From assembly GCA_964634935.1 (NCBI GenBank), contig CAZWJT010000001.1:95480-159479 (forward strand): a stretch of 64,000 nucleotides of DNA, in the 5' to 3' direction. Positions within the stretch are counted from its first letter, which is position 1. Every line of letters begins with the position of its first letter. The notes below the pieces were generated by a model. It did no database searches and was not told the DNA's origin. It saw only the letters and a list, made by a program, of their open reading frames with translations. This DNA is from an uncultured Planctomycetia bacterium (GTDB lineage Bacteria; Omnitrophota; Gorgyraeia; Duberdicusellales; Duberdicusellaceae). Positions 1 through 10,438 of this stretch are shown in pieces. Position numbers and translations under genes: made by a program.

Positions 1-517
1 CCTGATTCGAGCTTCAATCGTGTATAAATCTCTTCTTGCGGTTCTTCTAAAAAGAAATCTTTCCGGATTACCACTCCACTTTGAATACATTTTCCAGGGA
101 GGCAATCCGGTGATAACGGAAAACCGCAAAATGTTTTTTGGCAGAAACGAGCAAGAACACGATTCGCCTTGCCCAGCGCTGCGTTTGCTTCGAAAACAAT
201 ACTCCGGCCGACCAGAGCTGAAAGAAAAACAACCCAGAATGAATTTCTCCCGCCAAAACCAAAAACATAGGTCGGCCTAAACCAAACAAAGACAAAAAAC
301 GATTGCAGAAAACGGATCATAAGTTCAAAAATAAGGTTGCGGAAACCGAAATCTTCACCTACCACGAGAAAATTCTGAGCACGCAACAGTAACCGGTAGC
401 GCTTATGTGTCCCGTAAAAGATGATTTTCCAGGAAGGAAAACGGACTTTCAGATCACAAGCGCACGCGTATGCCGGATAAAAATGTCCACCGCTTCGATC
501 GCAGGCAAAAAGTAATG

Positions 518-1624
518 TCATTCTCCTTTAGTTGCGTTTAAGAATATCCCCAATAATGATAGGTTGGCGACTGTAGAACTTCCTCCATAACTGATAAAAG
601 GCAAGGGAAGCCCCTTGGTTGGCAGAAGCCCAGTTGCAACAGCCATATTAATACCAGCCTGAATACCGATCGTTAATACACAGCCTAAAGCAACATAAAA
701 ACGGAAAGGATCAGGAACTTGCGAGGTCAACCGAAATGCGGTAACCATGAAAAATAAATACAAAAACAACACACCGACAGTTCCAATCAATCCAAACTCT
801 TCGCCGATGATAGCATAAATAAAATCCGTGTACGCTGCTGGCAAAAAAAACAACTTCTGCCGTCCGGAACCAAGCCCTTCACCGCTCACCCCTCCGGTGC
901 CAAAACTGATTTGAGATTGAACAGCCTGAAAACCCTTACCTTGAGCTGCAGCCCAGGGATTAAAATATGTCATGAGCCTTTCCCGCCGGTATGGACTGAT
1001 TACAATCAATAAAAGCAGAATTACCGCACACCCCAGAGCGATAATACAGAATTTTTTAATATCTGCGCCAGCAATAAAAAGAAAAATCATCATGAGAATG
1101 GACAAAAATACAGCATTTCCGAGATCAGGTTCAAGAAGAATACAAGCAGCCGAAAAAGCAGTAACAATCATCAGCGGCAAAACACCCTTGGAAAAACTCT
1201 TGATCACTGCCTTCTTGCGAGTAATGTAATCCGCAAGATAGAGTAAATAAAAAATCTTGAATATCTCTGACGGTTGAATATTGAAAAAAGAAATTTTAAA
1301 CCATCTGCGCGCTCCAGATACCTTCCGACCGAGCTGCGGAACTAATACGGCGCACAGAAAAACAATTCCGATCAAAAGCAAGGCTTTGGAAAATTTACGC
1401 AATGTGTCTAGGTCTAGAAACATACAGATCACCATTGAGAAAATTCCCAAAACAACGGAAATCAGTTGACGCTTAAGAAAAAAGAGATGATCACCGTATT
1501 GTTTCCAGGCATAGATCGCAGAAGAACTATACACCATAATCAACCCAATAAGTAAAAAAACAAAAGAAATACCGAGAATTCTCTTGCGTAACATATGGAG
1601 TTTTTGTGGATAAATAAAATTCAT
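518..1624 (-). CDS. ftsW: SEDS-family peptidoglycan glycosyltransferase / cell division protein FtsW
   Basis: 368-aa polytopic membrane protein with a SEDS-like C-terminus (…GGSSTVANLSLLGIFLN). Sits at the distal end of the dcw cluster, immediately after murD. Confidence 0.85.
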   Translation of the reverse strand: MNFIYPQKLHMLRKRILGISFVFLLIGLIMVYSSSAIYAWKQYGDHLFFLKRQLISVVLGIFSMVICMFLDLDTLRKFSKALLLIGIVFLCAVLVPQLGRKVSGARRWFKISFFNIQPSEIFKIFYLLYLADYITRKKAVIKSFSKGVLPLMIVTAFSAACILLEPDLGNAVFLSILMMIFLFIAGADIKKFCIIALGCAVILLLLIVISPYRRERLMTYFNPWAAAQGKGFQAVQSQISFGTGGVSGEGLGSGRQKLFFLPAAYTDFIYAIIGEEFGLIGTVGVLFLYLFFMVTAFRLTSQVPDPFRFYVALGCVLTIGIQAGINMAVATGLLPTKGLPLPFISYGGSSTVANLSLLGIFLNATKGE

Positions 1625-1678
1625 GGATATTTCTTTTCAATCCTTCCGCTTATGCCACGCAAGGCATGATGCTTTGTT

Positions 1679-2920
1679 TTAGCCCAATTCTGCGACATAC
1701 TGCCGAAAAACATCTCCTCTTTCTTCGTAATTACGAAACATATCGAAACTGGCACACATCGGAGAAAGAAGCACGCATTCCCCAGGAAGGGCACGCTGAA
1801 AAGCATCTTCAACAGCGCGAAGGAGTGAAGGCGCCTGGATGCATTTCTCCTGCACTAGAAAGGAACGTTTAATCTTTTCCTGGGCTTCACCGATCAAAAT
1901 AAGATTTTTAATCTTATCTTGGTACTGGTTCAAAGGAGCATAATCAAGATTCTTATCCCGACCTCCCGCAATAAGAATAACCTGCTTCGGGGTATTCGCA
2001 AGTGCCCAAAGGGTAGAAGTAACATTCGTTGATTTTGAATCATTAATAAATTCTACACCGCGCAAAATCCTTACTCGTTCCATGCGGTGTGGAAGTCCTT
2101 TAAAATTATCGAAAAAATCACGCATCAGGGTTTCACTGACCCCGTAAATCTTCCCGACTTCAAAAGCAAATGCAAAATTGATATTCAGAAGCCCTTGTTG
2201 ATGAACAAGTATCGTGCGAGATTGAAGATCAGCAAAATATGGAGTGTATTCGGGAAGAAAAAGCGCATAATCAGACTGACCCTGGTTCAAGAAAATATTC
2301 CGTTTCGCTGCAAAATATTCCGCCATATCTTTATGGCGATCAAGGTGATTCTCGGTAATATTCAAAAAACACCCAATATGTGCGTGAAAATACCTTACTG
2401 TTTCCAACTGAAAAGAACTCACCTCCAGACACACAAGATCCTCAGTCTTAAGATGACAAATATATTCAGCGAGCGGAGTCCCGATATTTCCAAGAGTATA
2501 AATCTTCTTTCCGGTTAACTTGAGTACTTCAGAAATAAGAAACGTGGTGGTGGTTTTACCATTTGAACCAGTAATAGCTATGATCGGAGCTGGACAAAAC
2601 CATGAAGCAAATTCAAGCTCACCTGTAAAAGGAATTTTCTTCTTACGCAGAAATTGGGCAGCATTACCGGAAAGAGAAACTCCGGGACTCAACAAAACAA
2701 AATCACACTGCTCTAAAAATTCCTCAGAATGACCTCTCCATTCAACCTGAACTGAAAGAGTGCGTAACGCTTGGTCTACCTCTGGATTACACTCAGCTTG
2801 ATCTGATAAAAATACATCTTTGCCGAATGAACGTGCAAGTTTGGAGAGTGCTAAACCGCTTCTGCCTGCGCCAATAATCCCAACAGTACGAACCTGTTGT
2901 AAAAACCTCTCTTTCTCCAT
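1679..2920 (-). CDS. murD: UDP-N-acetylmuramoylalanine--D-glutamate ligase MurD
   Basis: Mur ligase P-loop (IAITGSNGKTTTT) and an N-terminal Rossmann GIIGAGRSG. Position is between mraY and ftsW. Confidence 0.9.
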   Translation of the reverse strand: MEKERFLQQVRTVGIIGAGRSGLALSKLARSFGKDVFLSDQAECNPEVDQALRTLSVQVEWRGHSEEFLEQCDFVLLSPGVSLSGNAAQFLRKKKIPFTGELEFASWFCPAPIIAITGSNGKTTTTFLISEVLKLTGKKIYTLGNIGTPLAEYICHLKTEDLVCLEVSSFQLETVRYFHAHIGCFLNITENHLDRHKDMAEYFAAKRNIFLNQGQSDYALFLPEYTPYFADLQSRTILVHQQGLLNINFAFAFEVGKIYGVSETLMRDFFDNFKGLPHRMERVRILRGVEFINDSKSTNVTSTLWALANTPKQVILIAGGRDKNLDYAPLNQYQDKIKNLILIGEAQEKIKRSFLVQEKCIQAPSLLRAVEDAFQRALPGECVLLSPMCASFDMFRNYEERGDVFRQYVAELG

Positions 2921-2924
2921 CTTT

Positions 2925-4007
2925 TCAACGTATCTTTAAGGTCAGCAGGCTGAGAACTAAAAACAGTGCTGAAATAATCCATAAACGAGCGATGATCTTC
3001 GGCTCTTTCCATCCTAGTATTGAAAGATGATGATGAAAAGGAGCGGCCTTAAAGATACGCCGCCCAAAAAAACGCACTGAGCAAATTTGTAGAACAACGG
3101 AGAAAGCCTCAAAAACAAATAAACCTCCAGCAATGACCAACAAACATTCTTGACGGATGCAGAGCGCGACAACGCCTAATATCCCTCCTAAGGCGGATGA
3201 GCCGACATCTCCCATAAAAACCTCAGCGGGGTGGGAATTAAACCAAAGAAATCCAAGACCAGCTCCAGCGATAGCAGCACAAACCACTGTCAGTTCTCCT
3301 GCGCGCGGAACATACGGGATAAAAAGATAACTGCTAAATTTAATATGCCCGACAATGTAACTTACAATGCTCAAAACAAGCGCGACCATTACCACTGACA
3401 TAATCGCAAGCCCATCAAAACCATCCGTAAAATTCACCGCGTTTGTCGTAGAAGTAACAACCAGGCAGACCCAAACGACATAAAATATACTTAAGTCAAC
3501 TACAATATTTTTTAAAAACGGGAGGTTCAGGTTTGTAGGAATAACCCGTAATCCGACGAGAAGAACACCCAAGATAATCCCGAAAAGAATCTGTGCTGAA
3601 AGTTTTTCGGAACGCCTTAAGCCTTTTTTGGTTCTCATTTTTCGAGTATCATCAAGAAACCCAAAAAAACCAAACCATACGAGCGCAAAAATACAGAACC
3701 AAACCAATATGGTATCCAAGCGAGCAAGAAGTAATATTGAAATTATGATGCTAAAAATGATTAAAATTCCGCCCATCGTAGGAGTACCTTCCTTACCATT
3801 ATAAATCTTTTCAAGATGAACATGACCATACATATCAATGTGCTCTTGCATCTTCATAGTCTTCAGATGACTAATAAAACGCCTGCCAAGAAAAAGCACA
3901 ATTAAAAATGAAAGTACGAACGCGCAACCGGAGCGAAAAGTAATATATTTAAAGATATTGAACGGGGAAAAGCTATCACGCAAAGCGTAAAAAAGATGAT
4001 ACAACAT
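2925..4007 (-). CDS. mraY: phospho-N-acetylmuramoyl-pentapeptide transferase MraY
   Basis: 360-aa polytopic membrane protein located between murF and murD. Conserved MraY-like loops (…NAVNFTDGFDGLA…, …HHHLSILGW…). Confidence 0.9.
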   Translation of the reverse strand: MLYHLFYALRDSFSPFNIFKYITFRSGCAFVLSFLIVLFLGRRFISHLKTMKMQEHIDMYGHVHLEKIYNGKEGTPTMGGILIIFSIIISILLLARLDTILVWFCIFALVWFGFFGFLDDTRKMRTKKGLRRSEKLSAQILFGIILGVLLVGLRVIPTNLNLPFLKNIVVDLSIFYVVWVCLVVTSTTNAVNFTDGFDGLAIMSVVMVALVLSIVSYIVGHIKFSSYLFIPYVPRAGELTVVCAAIAGAGLGFLWFNSHPAEVFMGDVGSSALGGILGVVALCIRQECLLVIAGGLFVFEAFSVVLQICSVRFFGRRIFKAAPFHHHLSILGWKEPKIIARLWIISALFLVLSLLTLKIR

Positions 4008-4028
4008 ATCTCTGCATTCCTTTCGTCT

Positions 4029-5375
4029 CTATAAGTGTTCGACAATTCTTTCAAGCATGAAACGACGAGAACCTTTAAGAAAAATGCAATCTTTTTGTCG
4101 TGTAATTTTCCGTAAAATCGGAAGTGCTTCGTCCACCTGCGAAACCAATTTCATTTCTATCCCCTTTGCCTCTCCAGAAATTTCGTGCGCAATCGAGGCG
4201 AAAGCTTTGCCAATTATTATAACATAACTAAATCCTGCCTCTACTATCTTTGTCAGAATTTCTTTATGATAACGCGGTGAATTTTTCCCAAGTTCAAGCA
4301 TATCAGCAAAAACTCCAATCTTCCGATGAGCAGGAAAAAGCACTGCCGATGAAAGAAAGGCATTGAATGAGGTGGGATTGGCATTATACGCATCATTCAC
4401 AAAAAGGCGGCCTTTCCGGCGTATCACTTCAATACGCATCTTCGGAAATACAAAATCGGAAAGGTTTTGGCAGGAATGCCTCAAAGAAACCCCCATGATT
4501 TCCCCCGCTAAAACAGCAGCAAGCGCATTATAGATATTGAAAATACCTAAGGTGCGAAGCCGCAGAGAATACTTTTGGTTCACTTTAAAAAAAATCTCGT
4601 TGTTCTTTACTCCCATAAATTCTCCTCGCACGTCAGCGGAAGAATGCATGCCAAAATATCTTTTTTGATTCGGAATTTTTGTTTCTTTCAGGAAAGGACT
4701 GTCGGCATTTAAAATAGCAATCGTCCTTCGATCTTTGAAAAGAGAAATCTTCTCCTGGTAGACCCCGCGCAATGTCTTAAAAGCCTCAAGATGCGAATAT
4801 CCTACACAGGTAAGAATCCCGACATCTGGTCTTGCTATATCCCGCAAATATTCAATCTCTCCTTGATGATTCGTGCCAAGCTCAAGGATACAACACGCAT
4901 CAGCATTGCTCAGCTTAAAGATAGTTTTCGGAACCCCAATCGCATTGTTTTCAGAAATATCGTTCCGGACTGTCCGCCTTGAAAGATGTAACACCTCATA
5001 GAGCATGTCCTTCGTCGTAGTTTTACCAACAGAACCGGTAACAGCAATAAATGTCGCCTTAGATTTTTCCCGTAACCACTGAGCAACCTGCCCAAGAAAG
5101 AGAACAGTATCCTGGACGAGCAAAAGCGGAATCTTAGAATGAAAATTTTTCGGCATGGAATCAACCACAAGAAAAGAAGCGCCTTTGGTGATCGCTTCTG
5201 ATAAAAAATTATGCCCGTCAAATCGTTCACCGCGAAGAGCAACAAAGCCCTCGCCTTTCCGTATCGTCCGAGTATCGATACTGAGGCCGACAACCCTTTG
5301 CTCTTGGAAATTCTCCAAAGCTATGGAATCAAGCTCCAAATTCCTTACTAATTCACCGAGTGATACAGAAAGCAT
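4029..5375 (-). CDS. murF: UDP-N-acetylmuramoyl-tripeptide--D-alanyl-D-alanine ligase MurF
   Basis: Mur ligase fold with P-loop (AVTGSVGKTTTKDM). dcw order places it between murE and mraY. Confidence 0.9.
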   Translation of the reverse strand: MLSVSLGELVRNLELDSIALENFQEQRVVGLSIDTRTIRKGEGFVALRGERFDGHNFLSEAITKGASFLVVDSMPKNFHSKIPLLLVQDTVLFLGQVAQWLREKSKATFIAVTGSVGKTTTKDMLYEVLHLSRRTVRNDISENNAIGVPKTIFKLSNADACCILELGTNHQGEIEYLRDIARPDVGILTCVGYSHLEAFKTLRGVYQEKISLFKDRRTIAILNADSPFLKETKIPNQKRYFGMHSSADVRGEFMGVKNNEIFFKVNQKYSLRLRTLGIFNIYNALAAVLAGEIMGVSLRHSCQNLSDFVFPKMRIEVIRRKGRLFVNDAYNANPTSFNAFLSSAVLFPAHRKIGVFADMLELGKNSPRYHKEILTKIVEAGFSYVIIIGKAFASIAHEISGEAKGIEMKLVSQVDEALPILRKITRQKDCIFLKGSRRFMLERIVEHL

Positions 5376-5387
5376 GATTACACCACC

Positions 5388-6851
5388 TTACTTTAAACAT
5401 TGCTGAACAATCTCATGATCACTGAGATGAATCGTTTTTTTCCTTAAAATCTGATACTCTTCATGACCCTTACCGGCAATCAGCACCGCCGTGCCGCTCG
5501 TATTATGCAAATTGATTGCCCTCTGGATTGCCTTTCTACGATCAAGGATCCTGAGGTATTTTTTCGTGCCAAAACCATTTTCTATCTCCCGACAAATTTG
5601 ACGCGGCTCTTCTGTCCGGGGATTATCTGAAGTAATAAAAGTAAAATCAGCAAGTTTTTCTGCGATCGCGCCCATACGGGGCCTTTTGGTTCGATCACGA
5701 TCACCACCACAGCCAAAAACTAAAATAATCCTTTTAAATCCAACTGCCTTCAGAGTAAGAAGCGCGTTCAGTAAAGCATCAGGCGTATGCGCGTAATCAA
5801 CAAATATACCCGGAGCAACCTGTTCCATTCTACCCCGAGCACCACGGAAAGACGCGATTGTTTTTCTTATCCGCAAATAGGGAATTCGCGCAAAATGAGC
5901 CACAGCACACGCTGCAAGAATATTGGAAATATTATAGCGGCCGATGAGGAACGTAAAAAGAGGAAGTGAAATCTTTGCGTTCCTCAGAATAAATGTACTC
6001 CCTCCGGGTTTCAGACGAATTTTCTCCGCCCACACACAAGCTTTTTGTTGTATCGAATAAGAGCAAGCCGATTGTTTCCTTTGCCGAATCAGTCTAGCCC
6101 CATAAGGATCATCTTGGTTAATTACGGCCAATCCTCCGGCTTCCAGTTTAGAGAATATCTTTTTCTTTGCCTGAAAATATCGCTCCATTGTTGCGTGGTA
6201 GTCAAGATGTTCTGGAGTAAGATTCGTAAAAACTACTGCGGAAAAAACAATTCCTTCAATTCTATCCTCCGCAAGGGCATGGGAAGAAACCTCCATAATG
6301 ACATACCGTATCCCTTGCTTATGAGCTCTGGTAAACAGTTTGGCTAAAATAAACTTATCTGGGGTTGTATTAAAGGAAGTTATCCGTTCGACGCCAATGC
6401 GGTACTCAACCGTACTCAATAAAGCGATCTTTCTGCCTGCCTGAGAAAACAACTCATACAGCAAATAGCTTATTGTGGTTTTCCCATTTGTTCCGGTAAC
6501 TCCGATAATTGTAAGCCCACGAGTTGCCTGGGAATAAAAAAGATGGAACAAAATATTTTTTGCCCGCTCGAGATCATCAACAAAAAGAAAAGGAATATCC
6601 CGAGACCAGAAATGGTTTAGAATTTTTTCCCGTTCTCGTCTATGCACAAGACAAGCCGAAAGAGAATCTTTTAAGTGAGGGATAAACAGGGTAGGATCGC
6701 ATTTTTTCCCGGGGGAACAAACAAAGAGATCATTCTTCTCCAAAACTCGGGTATCGGTAGCAAAACCCTCAACAGTGCGTAACGAAAACTTACTATCCGA
6801 GAGAGTACCGTGTAAAATTTTCGCAAGCGATACCAAAGAATACTTCTTCAT
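5388..6851 (-). CDS. murE: UDP-N-acetylmuramoyl-L-alanyl-D-glutamate--2,6-diaminopimelate ligase MurE
   Basis: Mur ligase P-loop (GVTGTNGKTTISYLL). Located between ftsI and murF. Confidence 0.9.
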   Translation of the reverse strand: MKKYSLVSLAKILHGTLSDSKFSLRTVEGFATDTRVLEKNDLFVCSPGKKCDPTLFIPHLKDSLSACLVHRREREKILNHFWSRDIPFLFVDDLERAKNILFHLFYSQATRGLTIIGVTGTNGKTTISYLLYELFSQAGRKIALLSTVEYRIGVERITSFNTTPDKFILAKLFTRAHKQGIRYVIMEVSSHALAEDRIEGIVFSAVVFTNLTPEHLDYHATMERYFQAKKKIFSKLEAGGLAVINQDDPYGARLIRQRKQSACSYSIQQKACVWAEKIRLKPGGSTFILRNAKISLPLFTFLIGRYNISNILAACAVAHFARIPYLRIRKTIASFRGARGRMEQVAPGIFVDYAHTPDALLNALLTLKAVGFKRIILVFGCGGDRDRTKRPRMGAIAEKLADFTFITSDNPRTEEPRQICREIENGFGTKKYLRILDRRKAIQRAINLHNTSGTAVLIAGKGHEEYQILRKKTIHLSDHEIVQQCLK

Positions 6852-8548
6852 CTTTCCCCTTCCGGTCTCTCTGCTGCGACACTGCGTAAACCTAAATAAT
6901 CAGCGACATACGCCGCAATATCCCGAAAAAGCGGAGCAGCGGTCATGCCGCCAAATCTGTATTTTTTTGGTTCATCAAGATTCACGGCAATAACAACCTG
7001 AGGATTGTCTGCTGGAAAAAATCCCACAAAAGAACCATAGTATTGAGAATGTGAATAGTGTCCGGTTTCGTCTAATTTTTGCGAAGTTCCCGTTTTACCG
7101 GCAATACTTACCCCTTCGACTCGTGCATTCTTCCCGGTTCCCTCATCAACAACCTTCTTAAGAATACGGTGTATTTCCCGCACAGCAGAATCTTTTAAGA
7201 ATGGCCCTCTACGAACTGGCTCGTGCTTACGAATCAACACTCCTTGATTATCCCGCACTTCATCCAACAGGTACGGCTGCACTAAATATCCTCCATTCGC
7301 AATAAATCCATAACCGCGCGCCAGCTGAAGAAGGGTCGAAGCAACCCCTTGCCCGATAGGAATGATATAATGCGATGTTTTTGACCACCGCACATACGGA
7401 GCAAGCATTCCCGGAGCTTCAGAATTAAAATCTATCCCGCTTAATTCGCCAAAGCCTAGTTTTCGTGCGTATTCGTAGATAGTTTTTGGCCCAAGTTCAA
7501 TAGCAATTTTGGCTACACCAATATTACTTGAGTTTTTAAAGACGTCTTCAAACGCGAGCGTGCCAAAGGAATGCCAATCGTGCAAAATACTTCCTTTAAT
7601 TTTATAGCTTCCGTTTTCACAGAAAAAAGAACGGCGCAAGAAATTTTCATTTTTTTCAAGCGCTGCGGTTAACGTAACAACCTTAAAAACTGAACCTGGT
7701 TCATACAAATCGCAGACAGCTTTGTTGCGTAGATATTCCTTGGGGTAACGATGGTAAGAATTCGGATCAAAAAAAGGATAGCTGGCCATCGCCAGAATCT
7801 TACCATCCCGTGGATCCATTACGACTACCGACCCGCCTTTGGCATTGAACTGATGGATAGCTTTTTCTAAGTAATACTCCGCCCAATGCTGAATGTTAAA
7901 ATCGAGTGTGAGAATAAGGTTAAAACCATCTTTGGCCGGCAGTAATTTTTCATAGACTGAAAGCGGTACCCCCCGGCTGTCACGAAGCACAACTGCAAAT
8001 CCTGGCTTTCCTGACAATAATGAATCATAATAAGATTCTAATCCTTCAATTCCTTTATTGTCGACGTTGACAATGCCTAGAAGTTGGCAGGCAAATTCCT
8101 TATGAGGATAGAATCTCTTTTTTTCTTTGATAAATCCAATGCCTTTCAATTTGTGCGCGGCAATGGTCATCTTTTGGTCAAGGGTAAGATGGCGTTTCAA
8201 CCAGACAAATGGTTTTTGAGAACAAATGCGTTGGGATAATGTTTTCTTATCAAGTCCAAGAATCTGGGAAAGACTCTGCGCTAATTGCCCGGGATCCTTA
8301 ACTCTTTTTGGACGGACATAAAGTGAGAAAAAATTCATATCCTCGGCGCAAACAATCCCATTACGGTCAAATATTTTTCCGCGAGTCGGGGCTATGTCAT
8401 ATTTTAAACTGTATTGCTTTGCGGCGATTTCTTTGAGAAATGGCGAACGGATCACATGGAGCCAGACGAGGCGCGAAACGATAATTACTCCCCCAATAAG
8501 AAAAATGACATACACCGTCAGGATGCGGTATGACGAATCTCTATTCAC
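6848..8548 (-). CDS. ftsI: penicillin-binding protein / peptidoglycan D,D-transpeptidase FtsI (PBP3-like)
   Basis: 566 aa with an N-terminal TM anchor and a PBP dimerisation region. Transpeptidase motifs are visible (…IAGKTGTSQK… = KTG box). Follows ftsL in the dcw order. Confidence 0.85.
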   Translation of the reverse strand: MNRDSSYRILTVYVIFLIGGVIIVSRLVWLHVIRSPFLKEIAAKQYSLKYDIAPTRGKIFDRNGIVCAEDMNFFSLYVRPKRVKDPGQLAQSLSQILGLDKKTLSQRICSQKPFVWLKRHLTLDQKMTIAAHKLKGIGFIKEKKRFYPHKEFACQLLGIVNVDNKGIEGLESYYDSLLSGKPGFAVVLRDSRGVPLSVYEKLLPAKDGFNLILTLDFNIQHWAEYYLEKAIHQFNAKGGSVVVMDPRDGKILAMASYPFFDPNSYHRYPKEYLRNKAVCDLYEPGSVFKVVTLTAALEKNENFLRRSFFCENGSYKIKGSILHDWHSFGTLAFEDVFKNSSNIGVAKIAIELGPKTIYEYARKLGFGELSGIDFNSEAPGMLAPYVRWSKTSHYIIPIGQGVASTLLQLARGYGFIANGGYLVQPYLLDEVRDNQGVLIRKHEPVRRGPFLKDSAVREIHRILKKVVDEGTGKNARVEGVSIAGKTGTSQKLDETGHYSHSQYYGSFVGFFPADNPQVVIAVNLDEPKKYRFGGMTAAPLFRDIAAYVADYLGLRSVAAERPEGER

Positions 8549-8634
8549 AGAAATTTATATGCTACGATTTCGCTCTATAGGAAAGAAAACAAAAGAATTC
8601 AAGAAAAAATATTTTTCCGAAACCTTATTTTTTG

Positions 8635-8979
8635 CTACTCAGGCTTTGCCTCTGCTTGTTGAGCAAATTTCGAAAGCCTGGCAATAAGCTTGTTCTGCTT
8701 GTTTGGTACCTGCTCAACAATTTCCGTAGCCTCGGGAACTGTGAGTGCGACAAAATAGCGACCACAGACAAAATCACTCTCAATTTGATTGCTGAATTTC
8801 TTCAGGGATATCTTATTGTGAAGATTGTACAACAACTGAGATTTTTCGTCAGAAAGCTTTTCAAGATTCTGCCTTTCCGCTTCAACAGTATAGGCGAGAA
8901 TAAATACTGCGGTTTTGTGGTATGCGTATACAAAAAATAAAATCCCGATACACAGACTGGCAAAAAAGAATTTCTTCAT
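8635..8979 (-). CDS. ftsL: cell division protein FtsL-like (single TM plus coiled coil)
   Basis: 114-aa bitopic protein, hydrophobic helix then a charged coiled-coil stretch. Sits exactly between rsmH and ftsI as FtsL does in dcw clusters. Confidence 0.5.
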   Translation of the reverse strand: MKKFFFASLCIGILFFVYAYHKTAVFILAYTVEAERQNLEKLSDEKSQLLYNLHNKISLKKFSNQIESDFVCGRYFVALTVPEATEIVEQVPNKQNKLIARLSKFAQQAEAKPE

Positions 8980-8985
8980 CGCTTC

Positions 8986-9873
8986 TTATATTTTTTCTAC
9001 TACTCGTAATTTCGCAGACCGCGCACGATTATTCAAACGCCTCTCGGCAGAGCTTGAGGGTAAAGGTTTTTCGGTAACCAACCGAAAAGTTTTCTTCTTT
9101 TTCAATTCCAAAAACTCGTACTTCACAACCCGATCTTCCAAAGAATGAAAATCGACTACACAAATACGACCTCCTCGAGCCAGTAGATTTGATGCCTTCC
9201 GGAGACCATCTTTTAATACTGCAAGCTCATTATTAACGACAATGCGCAATGCCTGGAATGATTTTGTCACAGGATGAACAGTGTGATGCTGCAAAAAACC
9301 AGGCAATGCAGAAGCAATAATTTCGGTCAATTGGGACGTAGTGGCAATGGGCTGCGCTTTACGCTCTGTGACAATCTTATGAGCAATGCGCTGATGGTAT
9401 CGCTCTTGTCCAAACTGCCAGAGAAGCAAAGATAATTCTCGTTCGCTTAAATTATTCACGAGATCATACGCGGATATGGACGCATATCGATCCATGCGCA
9501 TATCGAGTGGCCCTTCTCTGCGAAAGCTAAATCCCCGCTCGGCAAATTCTAGCTGATACGAAGAAAGACCAAGATCAAAAATGATCCCATCAACCTGAGG
9601 ACACCCTTGCTCCTCAAGAACGCTATCAATGTCTTTAAAATCCCTGTGATGCAAAAATACACGCCCGTTGAATGAAGCTAATTTCTGCTCGGCAATGCTC
9701 AAAGATTCCTCGTCTTTATCCAAACCGATATACGTACCATTGAAACTGCCTTCCTGAAAAATTCTTAAAGCGTACCCCCCCAGCCCAACCGTACAATCAA
9801 CGATCGTCCGGCACCGCTCAGGCCGTACGAACCGAATAATCTCATCCCCCATTACTGGAATATGCTCATACAT
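8986..9873 (-). CDS. rsmH: 16S rRNA (cytosine1402-N4)-methyltransferase RsmH (MraW)
   Basis: MYEHIPVMGDEII… N-terminus typical of RsmH, plus SAM-MTase motifs (VDCTVGLGGY, DLGLSSYQL). Start trimmed to the internal Met so it abuts the mraZ stop. Confidence 0.85.
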   Translation of the reverse strand: MYEHIPVMGDEIIRFVRPERCRTIVDCTVGLGGYALRIFQEGSFNGTYIGLDKDEESLSIAEQKLASFNGRVFLHHRDFKDIDSVLEEQGCPQVDGIIFDLGLSSYQLEFAERGFSFRREGPLDMRMDRYASISAYDLVNNLSERELSLLLWQFGQERYHQRIAHKIVTERKAQPIATTSQLTEIIASALPGFLQHHTVHPVTKSFQALRIVVNNELAVLKDGLRKASNLLARGGRICVVDFHSLEDRVVKYEFLELKKKKTFRLVTEKPLPSSSAERRLNNRARSAKLRVVEKI

Positions 9874-9874
9874 T

Positions 9875-10309
9875 TTATCCAAAGAGGTTCTCGGCCATCT
9901 CCTCAAAACGCTTTCTGTTTTCATCATAAAATTTTTGCCACTTTTCGCGATCCCATATCTCAATTCTGTCTGAAACTCCAATCACCATAACTTCTTTCTT
10001 GATCGCAGCAAACTCCTTCAGTGGAGAAGGAATCAGAATTCTCCCCTGCCCATCAACAGGCACTTCATACGCTCCACTAAAATACAAGCGGTTAAAAAAT
10101 CTGCTCTGCTGCCTGGTGAAAGACTCGGATTTAAATTTTTCTTCGAGCTTTTGCCAATCATCAGACGCAAGCATAAAAAGACACTGGTCGAGACCCCGAG
10201 TAAGATAGAACTGGCTTATTTTCTTTTCGTCTATTGCACGCCGAAATTTTGCGGGCAAAACAAATCTATCCTTTTCATCAAGAGTATGCTCATACTCTCC
10301 GTACCACAT
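9875..10309 (-). CDS. mraZ: transcriptional regulator MraZ
   Basis: Two tandem MraZ/SpoVT-AbrB-like halves (…DEKDRFVLPAKFR… and …DGQGRILIPSPLKEF…). First gene of the dcw cluster. Start set at MWYGEY. Confidence 0.85.
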   Translation of the reverse strand: MWYGEYEHTLDEKDRFVLPAKFRRAIDEKKISQFYLTRGLDQCLFMLASDDWQKLEEKFKSESFTRQQSRFFNRLYFSGAYEVPVDGQGRILIPSPLKEFAAIKKEVMVIGVSDRIEIWDREKWQKFYDENRKRFEEMAENLFG

Positions 10310-10438
10310 CCCACTTCCTCCCACTTTATGCCACAATCACTATATACCACACCACTATTTTGTCAAGAATATTTTGGGGCTTTTTGTTCGTCTTTCAATA
10401 AGTAGTAGGGAAAGTGGAGATAGGCTCAAGATATGGGG

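Noticed and set aside
20-295. Plus ORF 20..280 and minus ORF 68..295 read as a possible murG.
   Set aside because: Neither has the MurG glycine-rich GGTGGH loop or any recognisable motif. The minus ORF starts at TTG. Kept only as unresolved coding potential in the findings.
4910-5293. 127-aa minus-strand ORF inside murF in another frame. Similar nested ORFs occur inside secA, the sensor kinase, the 1074-aa gene and others.
   Set aside because: Alternative-frame ORFs nested in strongly supported genes; their composition reflects the host frame.
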